From: Neoechinorhynchus agilis
Taxonomy: Eukaryota; Animalia; Acanthocephala
DNA: 64,000 bases
NCBI GenBank assembly: GCA_051530055.1
Contig: CM121343.1
Span: 2,450,389-2,514,388 of the forward strand
Direction of reading: 5' to 3'
Part shown: piece after piece, positions 1 through 11,793 of the stretch
Layout: the number at the start of each line of letters is the position of its first letter
How positions within the stretch are numbered: the stretch's first letter is position 1
Notes under the pieces: generated by a model
Seen by the model: only the letters and a program-made list of their open reading frames with translations
Database searches by the model: none
What the model was told of the DNA's origin: nothing
Made by a program: the position numbers and the translations under genes

Positions 1-439
1 TGAATCCTCACAGTCTTCATTTTCATCGTAGCATGGTAAATTGTTATCTATAGCTAAAAATTCTTGAGAGTTAATAACAGGAACTAATAACATTTCCTCA
101 TTTTCTTCATTGTTAAAAATTTCTGAAATATCCAAAGGTTTAAAGCCGCAATTAGCAAAACAGTTCTGTATAGTGGTGGCTTTTATAGCTCGCCAACTGT
201 CAGCGGCAAACTGTATTGCTTGCAAAAGGTTAATTTGGGAACTAATCTCTCTGGCTGTTGTGGATGAAATTAACCAATTTTCCACGATAGAAAGTCTTCA
301 AATTTTTGATTACACCCATGTCCATTGGTTGCACTAAGCATGTGATGTTAGGAGGAAGAAATTCCGGATGTATATTTCTTAAATTGTCTAAATGAGGGTG
401 TGTGGCACAATTATCAACAATCAGCAAAATTTTTCTTTG

Positions 440-892
440 TTTAAGTATCTTAGATATCTTTTTGGGAATAACTTTGGGCAAGCATGGCGATTGCAGAAAA
501 GGTGAGCATTAGCCAAAAATTGATCAAATAGGGGATTTTTGAACACAAAATGTTTGGTAGGAGTCGACAGTCAATCAGTTCACAATGGAGACATTGAACG
601 CTGAACGGCCATTGGTTCATGGAACCATTTTGACAAACAAATTAATGTGCTTCGTCCGAACTTTATTTTTAATTCACAAGGCTACAATTTGTTGTCTTCA
701 AATGTTATGTTTGTTCGGCAGCTTCCTTGATGACCGCGGCATTGCCGCGTTGGATCGCCCGCTGATTCGCTGCAACAGGAAGCTGCTGGATCGCATATCG
801 CCGGTGGCATGTTTTAGCATCCCTCCCAGTCGCGAGAGAAAATAATCGGCTCCTTTTCCGAGACATCCCAGTGTTTCCACCGCAATCGGGAG
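440..892 (-). mobile_element. 5'-truncated CRE-like non-LTR retrotransposon 3' end inserted into the Tigger ORF
   Basis: PIAVETLGCLG...TGDMRSSSFLLQRIS(G)RSNAAM matches the C-terminus of the CRE-like copy at 34683. The transposase reads WDKNLQ|insert|RKILLIVDN, with CAA on both sides (437-439 and 893-895). Confidence 0.8.
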
Positions 893-1218
893 TTGCAAAT
901 TTTTGTCCCAACTGGTCAGCCAATTTCGAAAAATATCAGAAGTCATCCAAGCATTTTTGTTTGCATAGTACTCCACTGGTAATCCCTCCACTCTTAACCC
1001 CTTAAAGCATCGAGGTCTGGCACTTTTTCCTATGACCAGTAGCTTTCGTTCGTCAGTACCTGACATATTTGCGCAGCATAACACAGTAATGCGGTCCATC
1101 GCCTTTTTATAACCAGACAGTGCAATATGTTTATAGCATAAGGAACCGTCTGGCGTAGCACGGTAATAGAGGCCGGTTTCATCAGCATTGTAAATGTCAT
1201 CAGCACAAAAATTCTCTA

Positions 1219-1943
1219 AAAAGGTAGGAATTTTTGTAATCTTCCACTGTTCCGAACTTTCTTTGTCGGCATTGGTCTTTTCACCGTGCGCTTTTTTAAA
1301 TTTAATATCGTGCCTTGCTTTCCATCGCGATAACCAACCATCAGTTGCTTTGAAATCGTTGCGGCCCAGTTTTTTAGCGAACTCCTCTGACTTCGCCTTA
1401 AAAGGTAGGAATTTTTGTAATCTTCCACTGTTCCGAACTTTCTTTGTCGGCATTGGTCTTTTCACCGTGCGCTTTTTTAAATTTAATATCGTGCCTTGCT
1501 TTCCATCGCGATAACCAACCATCAGTTGCTTTGAAATCGTTGCGGCCCAGTTTTTTAGCGAACTCCTCTGACTTCGCCTTAAAAGGTAGGAATTTTTGTA
1601 ATCTTCCACTGTTCCGAACTTTCTTTGTCGGCATTGGTCTTTTCACCGTGCGCTTTTTTAAATTTAATATCGTGCCTTGCTTTCCATCGCGATAACCAAC
1701 CATCAGTTGCTTTGAAATCGTTGCGGCCCAGTTTTTTAGCGAACTCCTCTGACTTCGCCTTAAAAGGTAGGAATTTTTGTAATCTTCCACTGTTCCGAAC
1801 TTTCTTTGTCGGCATTGGTCTTTTCACCGTGCGCTTTTTTAAATTTAATATCGTGCCTTGCTTTCCATCGCGATAACCAACCATCAGTTGCTTTGAAATC
1901 GTTGCGGCCCAGTTTTTTTAGCGAACTCCTCTGACTTCGCCTT
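1219..1943. repeat. Tandem array, 4 x 181 bp, inside the transposase
   Basis: AAGGTAGGAATTTTTGTAATC recurs at 1221, 1402, 1583 and 1764. The copies are near-identical; the last has one extra T. Confidence 0.97.
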
Positions 1944-2550
1944 CAATATTGGACCGTTGATATTTACGCCTCTGCCACTAACAATAGAAAACCATTGATC
2001 CAGTGCTTCTTCAACGTCTGGATCCTTCCCCTCACGTTTTCTTTTGGATGTCCCTGCCTGTCCTTCTTGTAATTCGAATTCCTTACGCAGTTGACTTTCT
2101 TGTCGTAAGACACGCGATATAGTAGATTTTGGTACACCAGTTATCTCAGCGAGCCGACGATAACTTGTATTAAACGGATGGCTTTTTATTTTATCAAGCA
2201 AGGCAATTTTATTGGTGACAAATCGTTCCTTGGCATTTTAAAAAGGGTAAATTTTTTTAAAAATACAATTGACAAAAAATAGCTTCACGCGTTGTTCACG
2301 CGGGAGGTGATTGGTAATCGAATGTCCGCTGCACCGGCTTGGATGTAAAGGATTGCAAATGTGGATATGAGGCCGCCACGGCTTTATAAAAGGCGGGAGT
2401 CGGGTTCAGAAAGAAGCCGTCTTTCTGGCTTTCCCGGGATTTAGGAGGGGGTTGTGTTTGTTTTTCCGCTGCAGCGGCTCGGTTAAACCAAAACTCAGTA
2501 AAAACAAAATCAGTTAATAGATATTCTACTGTACTAAAATCTTAAATTTA

Positions 2551-2677
2551 CTGTCTCAATTAAGCGGAATGTTGTCCCAATTAAATATACAAATTTACTA
2601 TTGGTTTCTTGGTTTGGTTTCACCCAAATAAGCGGCTGTCCCGATTAAGCGGTGTCCCAATTAAGCGGAATCTACTG
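2551..2677 (-). repeat. Tigger terminal inverted repeat plus subterminal TGTCCCAATTAAGCGG-type repeats
   Basis: Variants of TGTC(C/T)C(A/G)ATTAAGCGG occur at ~2552, 2574, 2637 and 2653, next to the CAGTAG terminus. Confidence 0.85.
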
Positions 2678-2826
2678 TATTTGTATCTGGTTCATTGATT
2701 TTTCCGGAATCGTTAGAAATGTCCATTTCTTCATTAGTACTCTGATTATATGGGTGTCAGGTCTTTGGTCGAAGCTACACCTTCCTTACCATTAATTTGG
2801 ATGGTGAAATAAAGAAAATTAAGAAT

Positions 2827-2868
2827 TTATCAGAATTTTCGACCAATGCGTTGGTCTTCTTCAGTGAT
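2827..2868 (-). ncRNA. Minimal type I hammerhead ribozyme (PLE-associated)
   Basis: Minus strand reads ATCA-CTGAAGA-A-GACCAA(CGCA)TTGGTC-GAAA-ATT-C-TGAT. It has an intact core, a 6-bp stem II, a palindromic AATT stem III and stem I ATCA/TGAT, and lies ~18 nt past the GIY-YIG stop. Confidence 0.85.
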
Positions 2869-2885
2869 CTGAAACACACATGCAA

Positions 2886-4290
2886 TTAGTCTGGATTGAG
2901 TTTCCACTCTTTCACCACAGCTTTAAAGGGTACACGTAAATTAAGTGTGTAGTCCGCTTTGTTATGCGTGGACGTGTTGCCGTGTTCAATCATGATGGCT
3001 TCCATTGTGATTCGATCACGTTTGTTGTCACATCTCGCCATTATTTCAGTGGCATCAAGATCAATTCCATGTTTGTTTTCTTTAACATGATGAACTAATG
3101 CTGAGTTGAGATCGGTCAACTTGCTGATGGCCCGTCTATGTTCGGTCAGCCTTCTTCGGATGTTATTGGTTTGTCAAATAAATGATTGGTCACAATCGTT
3201 ACAGGGTATCCTGTACACACACCCGGAGACCCCGTCAACCCTTCTGGATCGGAACATGCCATCTAAGGTTCCCCCTTTTTTGTTAGAAACCGTCACTTTT
3301 TTTCTGTGAGTCCTGCTGCTTAATGAGATTTTGCATCTTCGTGTTCCACTGATTGTCTACATAAGGGATCTCAATGAATCTTTTTTGGACTGCCTCGTTA
3401 TTCCGATTGTTCAATTTTATATATTGAGTACTTCTCATCGTTTTTTCACTGAGACCCCCCGGATAACCACCAACTTTCAGCAATCTCCAAATTGTGTCAA
3501 GTTCATTCTCAAGAACATCTTCATTCGAGCAATATCTGTATGCTCTCAAGAACATGGACCTCATTCTGGAGATTTTATATTTCGTCAATTGCACTGATCT
3601 CCAAGGGACGACGTTATGTGGAACTATCTCTTTTCGATACACTGCAGTTGTGAAACCACCATCCAAATTTCTATTGATCATCACGTCGAGGAAGGGTAAA
3701 CTCTTGTCGATCTCCTCTTCGCATGTCCATTTGATATGCTGGTTCATCCCGTTAAGCTCTCTGTTCAACTCCGATATAGTAGAAAGTTTGGTGTTGAGGA
3801 TAATGAACGTGTCGTCGACATATCTAACCCATAGCTCAACTCCCTTCAATTTCGACAGGTGTGTTTCCTCCCAGTACCTCATATAGAGTTCTGCTAATAA
3901 TGGGGAAAGGGGGCTACCCATCGCAAGTCCATCTATTTGATCGAAATTCGTGCCTTCGAATTCGAAGTTTGAGAACTTAGTGCAGAAAAGCAGTAATTGA
4001 CGCCACCCGTTGTTAGACAGCTTCCATTCTTTGCAATTCTTCAACAGTAAAATGGCTAGTTCAATCACCTCTTCAACTGGAACCTTCGTGAACAACGATA
4101 TGACATCCGCAGACACCATTTTGCAGGAGTCATTGATATTCACTTTTTTCAGTCGATTAATCAGAACAACCCCTGATGAAACAGCATGGATGGACGGGAG
4201 AAGGAATCGTTTCAGGAGACCGGATAGAAACTTGGACAGTTTGTAGTTGTACGAAGAGTGAGCAGCTATGATCGGCCGTGCTCTAATTTC
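2886..4290 (-). mobile_element. Penelope-like element: RT plus GIY-YIG endonuclease, 5'-truncated and frameshifted
   Basis: RT motifs MVSADVISLFTKVP, DGLAMGSPLSPLLA, WVRYVDDTF and SLPFLDV; GIY-YIG region VYRIPCNDCDQS...SALVHH...MEAIMI. Confidence 0.93.
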
Positions 4291-4325
4291 TAAATGAATA
4301 TCTACACAATAACCTTCCTTACCAT

Positions 4326-4467
4326 TGTTAGCGATGAAGTCAACAACGTCAGTATTGATTTGTGCGTTCGTGCGTAGGTTGTGTGTGTGTGGTGTGAGCT
4401 GTTGTTCCGATAAAAATAATAGAAAAGTGTCATGGAGTCACCCGCACCCGAAGACAAGAAGATAACA
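4326..4467 (+). repeat. 5' LTR of a Ty3/gypsy element (142 bp)
   Basis: TGTTA...TAACA termini, followed 2 nt later by a primer-binding site. Confidence 0.75.
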
Positions 4468-4469
4468 AT

Positions 4470-4480
4470 TGGCGATGAGG
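4470..4480 (+). promoter_or_regulatory. Primer-binding site TGGCGATGAGG
   Basis: Starts with TGG immediately 3' of the LTR. It resembles the TGGCGACGAGG PBS of Mag-clade Ty3/gypsy elements, usually assigned to tRNA-Ser. Confidence 0.7.
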
Positions 4481-4599
4481 GTTCAAGGGACAAGGATTTG
4501 ATCGAATTGGTCAAGATGGAGATGATCAATCGATTATTGGAAGACCGAAAGGTGAATGATAAATCGGAATTAGCGGTACCAGCATTCAAGGAATTCGTT

Positions 4600-6025
4600 C
4601 GGGAAAAAATCATGGGAACAGTACGTGGATCAACTAAACGAGCATTTCTCGGTAAATGGTGTCGAAAAGGTAGAGCGAAAGCGATCGTGCATATTGGCAT
4701 GGATGGGAGCGGCTTCGTTCACGTTGCTGAAGCAGGTCACTACAGCGCAACAATTTGAATCGATTAAGTATGAGAATATAGTCGAAGTAATGGGGGAACA
4801 ATACAAAGACAAGGCACATGAGACGACGGCGAGATATAGGTTCAATATGCTGAAGAAAGAGGGTAAATCGCACAGAGATTGGGCCACCGAATTGAGAGGT
4901 GCAGCTCGAGGTTGCAACTTTTCAAGGAGGAAATTAAGGACGAACGAACGGCATTAGACGACCGTATCAGGGACGTCATGGTTCTGAATACAACGATTAG
5001 CGCATTGAGAAAAGTTGCTTTGCAACAGGAAAATTCAACCCTGGATGAACAATGGAAGCAACCGAAGTAGCCTGCACGCTCCTTTAGTACGACAAGAAAC
5101 AAGATAGTGAAATGCATTATCTGAATCAAGTCAGATGGAAACCGCGGAAGGTGGGAAATCAGATGGCGAGATGTACGAAATGCATTGGTCAACACCACTT
5201 CCGAGATAAATGCTGGGCCGATGGGAAGACTTGTTTCAAGTGCGGAAGGCGAGGGCATTTTGCATTCGTTTGCCGTGACAATAAAGATTGAAGATATGTT
5301 GGGTTTCGGGGCCAAGTAATGGGCAATTTGAGCTTGCGTGGACCGGTGGGACGGACGAAGAGCATCGAAGTAATTTGGAAATGGTGTTGAAGAGATTGCG
5401 CGATGTGAATATGAAACTGGCGAAGTGTCAATTTTTTAAGAACAAGGTCCCGTTTCTGGGATACACGCTGAGGAGTGGATGTGTTGAAGCTAATGAGGAG
5501 AAAGTTAAGGATATCATGGATAGTCCGTCACCATCAAATAAAAAGGAATTGAGAAGTTTTCTGGGAATGATGAACTATTAAGAGCGTTTCATTCCCGGAC
5601 TTCAATCAAAAGCAGCACCACTCTACGATCTGTTGGGCAACAATGCGAAATGGATGTGGTCTAAGAGACCGCAAGAGGTGTTTCTCAGATTGAAGGAGAC
5701 GCTGCAGGATGTCAGTAGTTCACAACCTCATAGAAGAGAATGGCCTGCCGGACGGTCGAAAAAACCCGTCATGTACGCTTCTCGTAAATTGCAGAAAGCA
5801 GAGCAGAATTACGCTACCATTGACAAAGAAACGTTGGCAATTATTTTTAGGGTTAAAAGATTCAAGCTGTATTTATGCGGACGTCGGTTCACCATACAGA
5901 CGGATCATAAGCCGCTAGAATATATTCTGGGTGCTGATCGTGATCTAACCAAAATGTCGAACAGTCGAGTGGAAAGGTGGGCTCTGCTATTGGGAGAGTA
6001 CGATCACAGGGTAGACTTTTGGTAG
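4600..6025 (+). mobile_element. Degenerate Ty3/gypsy (Mag-like) gag-pol with internal deletions
   Basis: Gag (ARYRFNMLKK...ELRGAARGCNF), a CCHC knuckle (CFKCGRRGHFAFVC), RT C-terminus (CQFFKNKVPFLGY, ELRSFLGMMNY) and RNase H (YASRKL...EQNYATIDKETLAI...TDHKPL). Protease and most of RT are missing. Confidence 0.92.
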
Positions 6026-6099
6026 TTATCCCCACCCGGATTTAAATTCATAGATTTATCGCTGATATTTCGTCGGGTAATTCCGACATTATCAAGGTT

Positions 6100-7692
6100 T
6101 ATCATCTAAAATACTAACACACAAGTGTTATCCTACTGACTACTTATTATCATGAAATTAAGCATCTACTTCACAATTTTCATCAACAAACTGCCGATGT
6201 AGTGATCTTTATCACAGCTCCTTTACATAATCATTCTCAAGGCCTGTTTTCCTACATTCAAGGCAAATCTTCATCCGAAACTAATCTCGCAGTATATTTC
6301 GTCCGATTTGTCACACGCAATCTTCTCTGTACGTATCGGCAATCAAAAATTATTGGTGGGTAATATTTATATTTGTCCATGCGCAAAATTAGTTTAGGGA
6401 ATACCAAATTTATTTTGTAAAATTTCTTGCTTTCTCAAGTGTACTTACTTTTCGGGGATTTTAACAACCCGTCGCACAGGTGGACAAATGCCACCCTTCG
6501 TTCAACAGATTCCCACAAAATCATTCTGTCACCACATCCTACTTTTACGGCTAGTAACTCCAGTTCCTTTGTGGATTATTGCTTGATCAAGAACGCGTGC
6601 CCTATAAATCCTTATATTGTATCGCAAACCGTCCTCTTCAGATTAATAGGTCATGATTTAGTTTGGTGGGATTTTGAAAAGAACCTTCTAAATCGTAGAT
6701 TTAAATTATCAGCGTTCAATATTCGGCTTTTCAACATATCCACTCACTTCTTCTGCCACTTTTTCATCGTAATTGCTATTTAGCTGAAATCAACGACTTC
6801 TTGGCCGAAAACAGTATCTCCTTTCTCTTATCGACTAGGCACATCATTCCCTATAATAATAAACCGAAATTGTTTGCCATGTAGGGCCGTGAACTGCATG
6901 AGGCTCGTTCCCTGGGCAATCTCTCATTGTTAAAATTTTGGTCTTCCATACACTGGCCGTGCAGTGCGAGATTTCAGCTTAACCAGGGTAGGCTAAAAAT
7001 GGCATATCTCAAAAAGCCAATTCATCCCCGTGGTGACAAACAGTCAAACGAAAAAGTGTTCAAAGCCTTGAGAGTGGCGGCAGGGACTTAAATCAAGAAT
7101 ATGGGCATCACTACAGTTATTGACTCTCTCATTGAGCATCATTCAGAGGGGTGACCTACGTCGCCGACAACTGTGACTTATGCCGTTATTCCATATAAGA
7201 TTCGATGTAACGTTCTCCGACAATGCTGCCTCTTCACTATCTAAAAATCTGGAGTCTAGCAATGGATCTACAATACCTTTTAAAGCCGCGAACGTACTTT
7301 TGATCGCTGAAATGTTCGCCAATTCTCCATGATTACGGCACCTGCCGCAGATTGGACACAAATCAACACGGCTAAAAGAACCCTACTAGTAAATAATAGG
7401 GGCAAGGCCGTCAGTATTGCCGAACAATTGAAACCCATCTCTACTCAGAATTCCCTGGTGTCGATTTATGGAAGAGCCCCTACAAATATCAGTCAACAAA
7501 GCTATCCGGGATATAATTAAGGACTTCTCATGCGATACAAAATCTATGAACATTTTAGTTTCTTTTGACATTTCAAAAGCGTTCGATAATATCGACTTAG
7601 ACTTTATCGAAAACATTTTGAGATATTTTAGTTACCCACAGGAGTTAATAATATATTGGGATCGAAACATTTTTACTATTAAGATGACCCTG
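6100..7692 (+). mobile_element. Decayed LINE (APE endonuclease and RT fragments)
   Basis: LFGDFNNPSHRW...PTFTASNSSSFVDYCL (APE-like) and ILVSFDISKAFDNID (RT). Confidence 0.7.
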
Positions 7693-8029
7693 CTCCTGAT
7701 TCTCTTGTAGAGACTGCCAGCAATCTAGCCCGGTCGACCTCGCCGCGAGAGCCTGAGATCAGAGAACTATGAGCTCGGGCGACTAAAGGTTAATCCCAGA
7801 TGGGCTGCTTTAGGCCATTCACGGGAACTTGGTTGTAACCCGTATTCTCCCGCGATTCCTGGACCGCCACTAGAAATTCGTCCGCTAAACAGAACTTGGG
7901 TCCCAATATACGTTTTACCAGATCCCGAGTCCCTTCGAATGATCCTAAAAACGCGGGCAACGACACTATCTTCGGCCAACCAATAATCCCAAATCTCATT
8001 CTTCTTCAGCCTTTGTTCCGTTTGGATGC

Positions 8030-8451
8030 GGGGTCGGCTCAAGTACACCTTTAGTTCCTTCGGATTTTTTGGAGGCGAAGCGCATGTTAGTGCTCAGGTT
8101 TTTTCGTCCAAAGGAATAATCTGGTCTTCAGAAATCATATGCCCCAAATACCGGATCTTCCGGCTCATGAAGACGCATTTATCTCCATGTACCTTCAATC
8201 CTGCGACAGAAACGATGGAAAACGCTCCTCAAGCATTTTAAATGTTCGTCTGCCGTTTCGGTTGCAACCAAAATATCATCCAAATATGCAGCCGCGTTTG
8301 TGATATCTTGCAATGAGTCATTTATGTATTTCTGGAAGATTGCAGGCGCAGCGGAGATACCCAGAGGCAATCGAGTATATCTAAAGTGCCACATCGGGGT
8401 TGCGACCGTGAGCATCTTACTAGTTTCACTGTCCGTCGGTAGTTGGAGCAT
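8030..8451 (-). mobile_element. Ty3/gypsy RT fragment
   Basis: FRYTRLPLGISAAPAIFQ, AAYLDDILV, DKCVFMSRKIRYLGH. Confidence 0.9.
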
Positions 8452-8539
8452 TCGTTGAAATGGAGAAGATGATATCTAAGGCTAATTTTGCTGGAATCGC
8501 AATTCCATTACATAAAGGAAACACACGGAAACGGACTAA

Positions 8540-9070
8540 TCTACCCCAACGACTGATTCTAGCTATGAATGAACTTAAGGCATCATGAAGTTGGACAGGG
8601 GCAAAGTATTCTGCATAATAGATGAAGACCACTGCCATAGGATGGCTGCGGATATCCTATCAGGTCCAAAGTTCCGATCTAATGATGAATGCCCCCTATG
8701 AAGCGAGAATAGATGTTCAATCAATTCTTACTAACGCTGAAGAAACGAGGAAGTATTGATCATGAAATATATTAAAGACATTGATCCAGAAAAGGGAAGA
8801 CACCGAATATGTACTTATCGGACAAAATACATAAGTCGCCATTAAAAGCACGACCAGTTATTGCCTCACGTTCTGGATACCACACCAAAACATTGGCTAA
8901 CATGTTGCGAAATTTAATGCCGGCGGATAAGCACATCGTATCATCGGGTCCAGAGTTCCTGGAATGACTGAAGGCGCACGGCAATAAAGAATATAGAATG
9001 GTTTCTGCTGATGCCAAGTCTCTATTCGCAAAAGTGCCATTGGACTCAGCGATCAACCTTGCGGGAAACG
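8540..9070 (+). mobile_element. Penelope-like RT N-terminal fragment
   Basis: KLDRGKVFCIIDE (ADKG-like motif), ARPVIAS, MVSADAKSLFAKVPLD. Confidence 0.75.
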
Positions 9071-11793
9071 AAATAATGATTTCGATCCAAGTCCCTTGGC
9101 TGTTACAGCCCACAAGGCGCAAACGCGTAGCTTATACATCCATAAAAAAGACTGCATTTGGAGTTCATTTAAACACAAAACAGACTGGGTTCCACTATAT
9201 CATAAAACTGGATGCTTTATATCAGCTTTGTGAAATGGAACACAACAATGTGACTGAAGAAAAATCGAAGTCTCCTAACTCTGTCAAAACGCACAAGAGA
9301 TTCATTAAGTACGCGGTGGATAAAAGACCGAGTCTAAACTAACATTTCTTCGCTCACTCATGCAATAGAATGGCATACGACTAACTTATGAATTGCTGGT
9401 CTCTTGATGAAATGTAATTAAAAACCTTATCTTCTGAAAAACAAAATCTATATTGGCTTCACGACGCACATGATATTAATCTTTGATATCGATTTCATTG
9501 CACTGAAAAACTATGCAGTATGGTCATGTTTACAGGTAAATCTTAGAATTTAACAAACCTTTTGGTGTCTTAATAGTATATTGCGATCTCAAGATAATAG
9601 TCGCCTGAGTTGTTACATTGACTTAACGACAATCTTTAATTGTCAAAAAGCTAAAGGCTACAAATTTCCCGATTCCAGTCAACTCGAACTTTTAGAACCC
9701 CCTCGCGATTTCAAAAATCAACTTATCGTTGTAAATTGCACTCTAAAATTTTATACATTTTTTCGAATATTACAAAAATGAACAACAACTTTGGAACAAT
9801 CTTTCAAACACTTCATCTATTGGTTCCTCTTAATAATTTTACAGACCATGGTATAATTTATAGTTTAATTAACAACGGTTTAAAAAATCAAATAATATTA
9901 AAGCATAGCAGTGTTCGATCATATTTCAACTATTCGTGGAACTTAAATGACTAATTGAAGTGTTCACGGAGCGAATTTGTGGAGATAAATTCCGATAACC
10001 ACTTGCGAGTCAATGATATGACCGACGGTATTTTGATTCTCAAACTCCATTCACCTTATCTATCAAGAGTAGCATTTGTAACCGTTCCAGCATTTAAAGG
10101 TGTGCTGCATATACCATTTGACCGTTTATCCAATCAAATAATCTCGGAACACGCCAACTAGATAATATCTCCTTTGGACGTTTGAATGGGCATTGGTCTC
10201 ATAGGTTTCTCTGCTCAGGATTATTATTTTGCAATGGCCATTAAACCAGGGAATTTACTAAACTTGTATTTATCGAATAATTCAATAGTTTGTAAATCCC
10301 TACGCTCTGTATTTACATTTGAAGCAACGGCGAAAGGATAAAATATAGATTATGCATTTGTACATATTTGGTGAACCTTTTAGTTGACGGACGTGTTTAA
10401 TATTTCTAGATGCACACGTATTCAAATCGATGATTATATCGCATTTAGAAAGCAGTAACAATTACGAACATGATCAGGAACTTCGATTTTCCAAGTGACC
10501 GAATATATCCGGTAGTTAAACTCCGCCTACTCAACAGCACCCAAAAATTCGCATTAAATTCCATTGGTAAATCCCGCAAATCCAGAAATTGCAATTCGTT
10601 CTATTCTAATCGGATGACGTTGGCTCATGACTTGTATAATAATAAAATCGACCGTTTTGATTAGCATGTTAAATCCGAGGAATGAGTGAAAATAATTAAA
10701 AATACAATGGTACAACTTTTGAATTGCTATTACAATATGCGAAAATTTTAAACGTAATATCAACAGCATTTACTAAATCGAATATTTGGCTAATTTTACA
10801 AATCTAGTTTTAGAACTTGCTAACATTAGCAATGACGCTTTCTTATTGCTATCTTTTCAGTAGATTTCGACAAAGTTTCATGACCAAATGGAAGTTTAAG
10901 AATATTTCCGAAACGGGAAAGTGCTTTGACAAAGTTCTAGATCCTCATGTAACTTGGGATTCTCTGAATAAATAATTCAATTTTCAATAGATAAAATTCG
11001 TATTTTAAAGGAATTTAAAAAAAGGGTTAAACTTTGTGATACGGCTTAGACGATCATTTGGACGTAAATACATATCCAAAGGTTGTTTTAATACGACGCT
11101 AAAGTTCCATAACCTTACAAAGTTATCGATTGTCGACAATACCAAATCTAACCCCAGGAATACTAATAACTAAACCGAATATCGTCCAACCGCTTTCAAC
11201 TACGAGACTTAATGTATCTATAAACTATTCAAGTTATACGAATCGCATTTTGCACAGCTTAGCCATAAAATTTCTCACGGAGACTGCTTTTATCGAACAA
11301 ATACAGAGCGGCTCGATTGTTGATCTAAAAATGTCCCATTATTTTTTAATCTTTTTTAGCGAAATTTAAATGCTGTGGGAACGTATCACCCCAAAAAAAT
11401 TCTGGAGCACCGTGGATTTTAATTGAGCGGCCGCAAAGTAACTATAATTCAATTAAAACCACTCTTGACTTCGGTTTCTTAAAAGCGTTTTTTCGTACCG
11501 TGAGGATTAATGATTTAGTAGGATAATGTGATGCAAGTCTTCAGCTGATTGACTCTTTTTATTTCACACAAGTGGCCAGCGACGCATTCGCCATTCGAAG
11601 TATTAGCGGTGCTATTCCATCAGAACAATGCTCATTTGAAAATTATTAACTTAACTTATTAGATGTATTTAATAATTCTATTTTTTTCACATAGAATTAT
11701 TTCGTGAGTTGCGTGTTGTGACGATGCTGAAAATAAGGATTTCGGAATACTTAAACAAAATATGTCAGAAAAATATATTTTTAAAATTTATAG

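Larger units (their letters stand above)
1..2236 (-). pseudogene. Tigger transposase (TIGD-like), disrupted
   Basis: ATG at 2236 (MPRNDLSPINKIALLDKIKSH...). It is broken by an extra A near 1912-1919, by the 181-bp tandem amplification, by the 453-bp insert at 440-892, and by a frameshift near 245. The C-terminal part (QINLLQAIQFAADSWRAIKATTIQNCFANCGF) continues to position 1. Confidence 0.93.
1..2677 (-). mobile_element. Tigger/pogo-family DNA transposon (non-functional; its 3' part runs off the window start)
   Basis: The minus strand encodes HTH-psq, CENP-B HTH and DDE_1 motifs (DIYNADETGLYY, KDRIT-like MDRITVLCCAN, NKNAWMT, ILLIVDNC, QPMDMGVI). The end reads TA|CAGTAGATTCCGCTTAATTGGGACA on minus, with TA at 2678-2679. 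Confidence 0.95.

Noticed and set aside
698-1884. Several near-identical overlapping ORFs in the track
   Set aside because: They are frame-shifted readings of the 181-bp array, not separate genes.
2708-2746. Second hammerhead-like string on minus (CTAATGA-A-GAAATG/CATTTC-TAAC)
   Set aside because: Both core segments are mutated and the loop is only 2 nt, so it is at best a dead relic.
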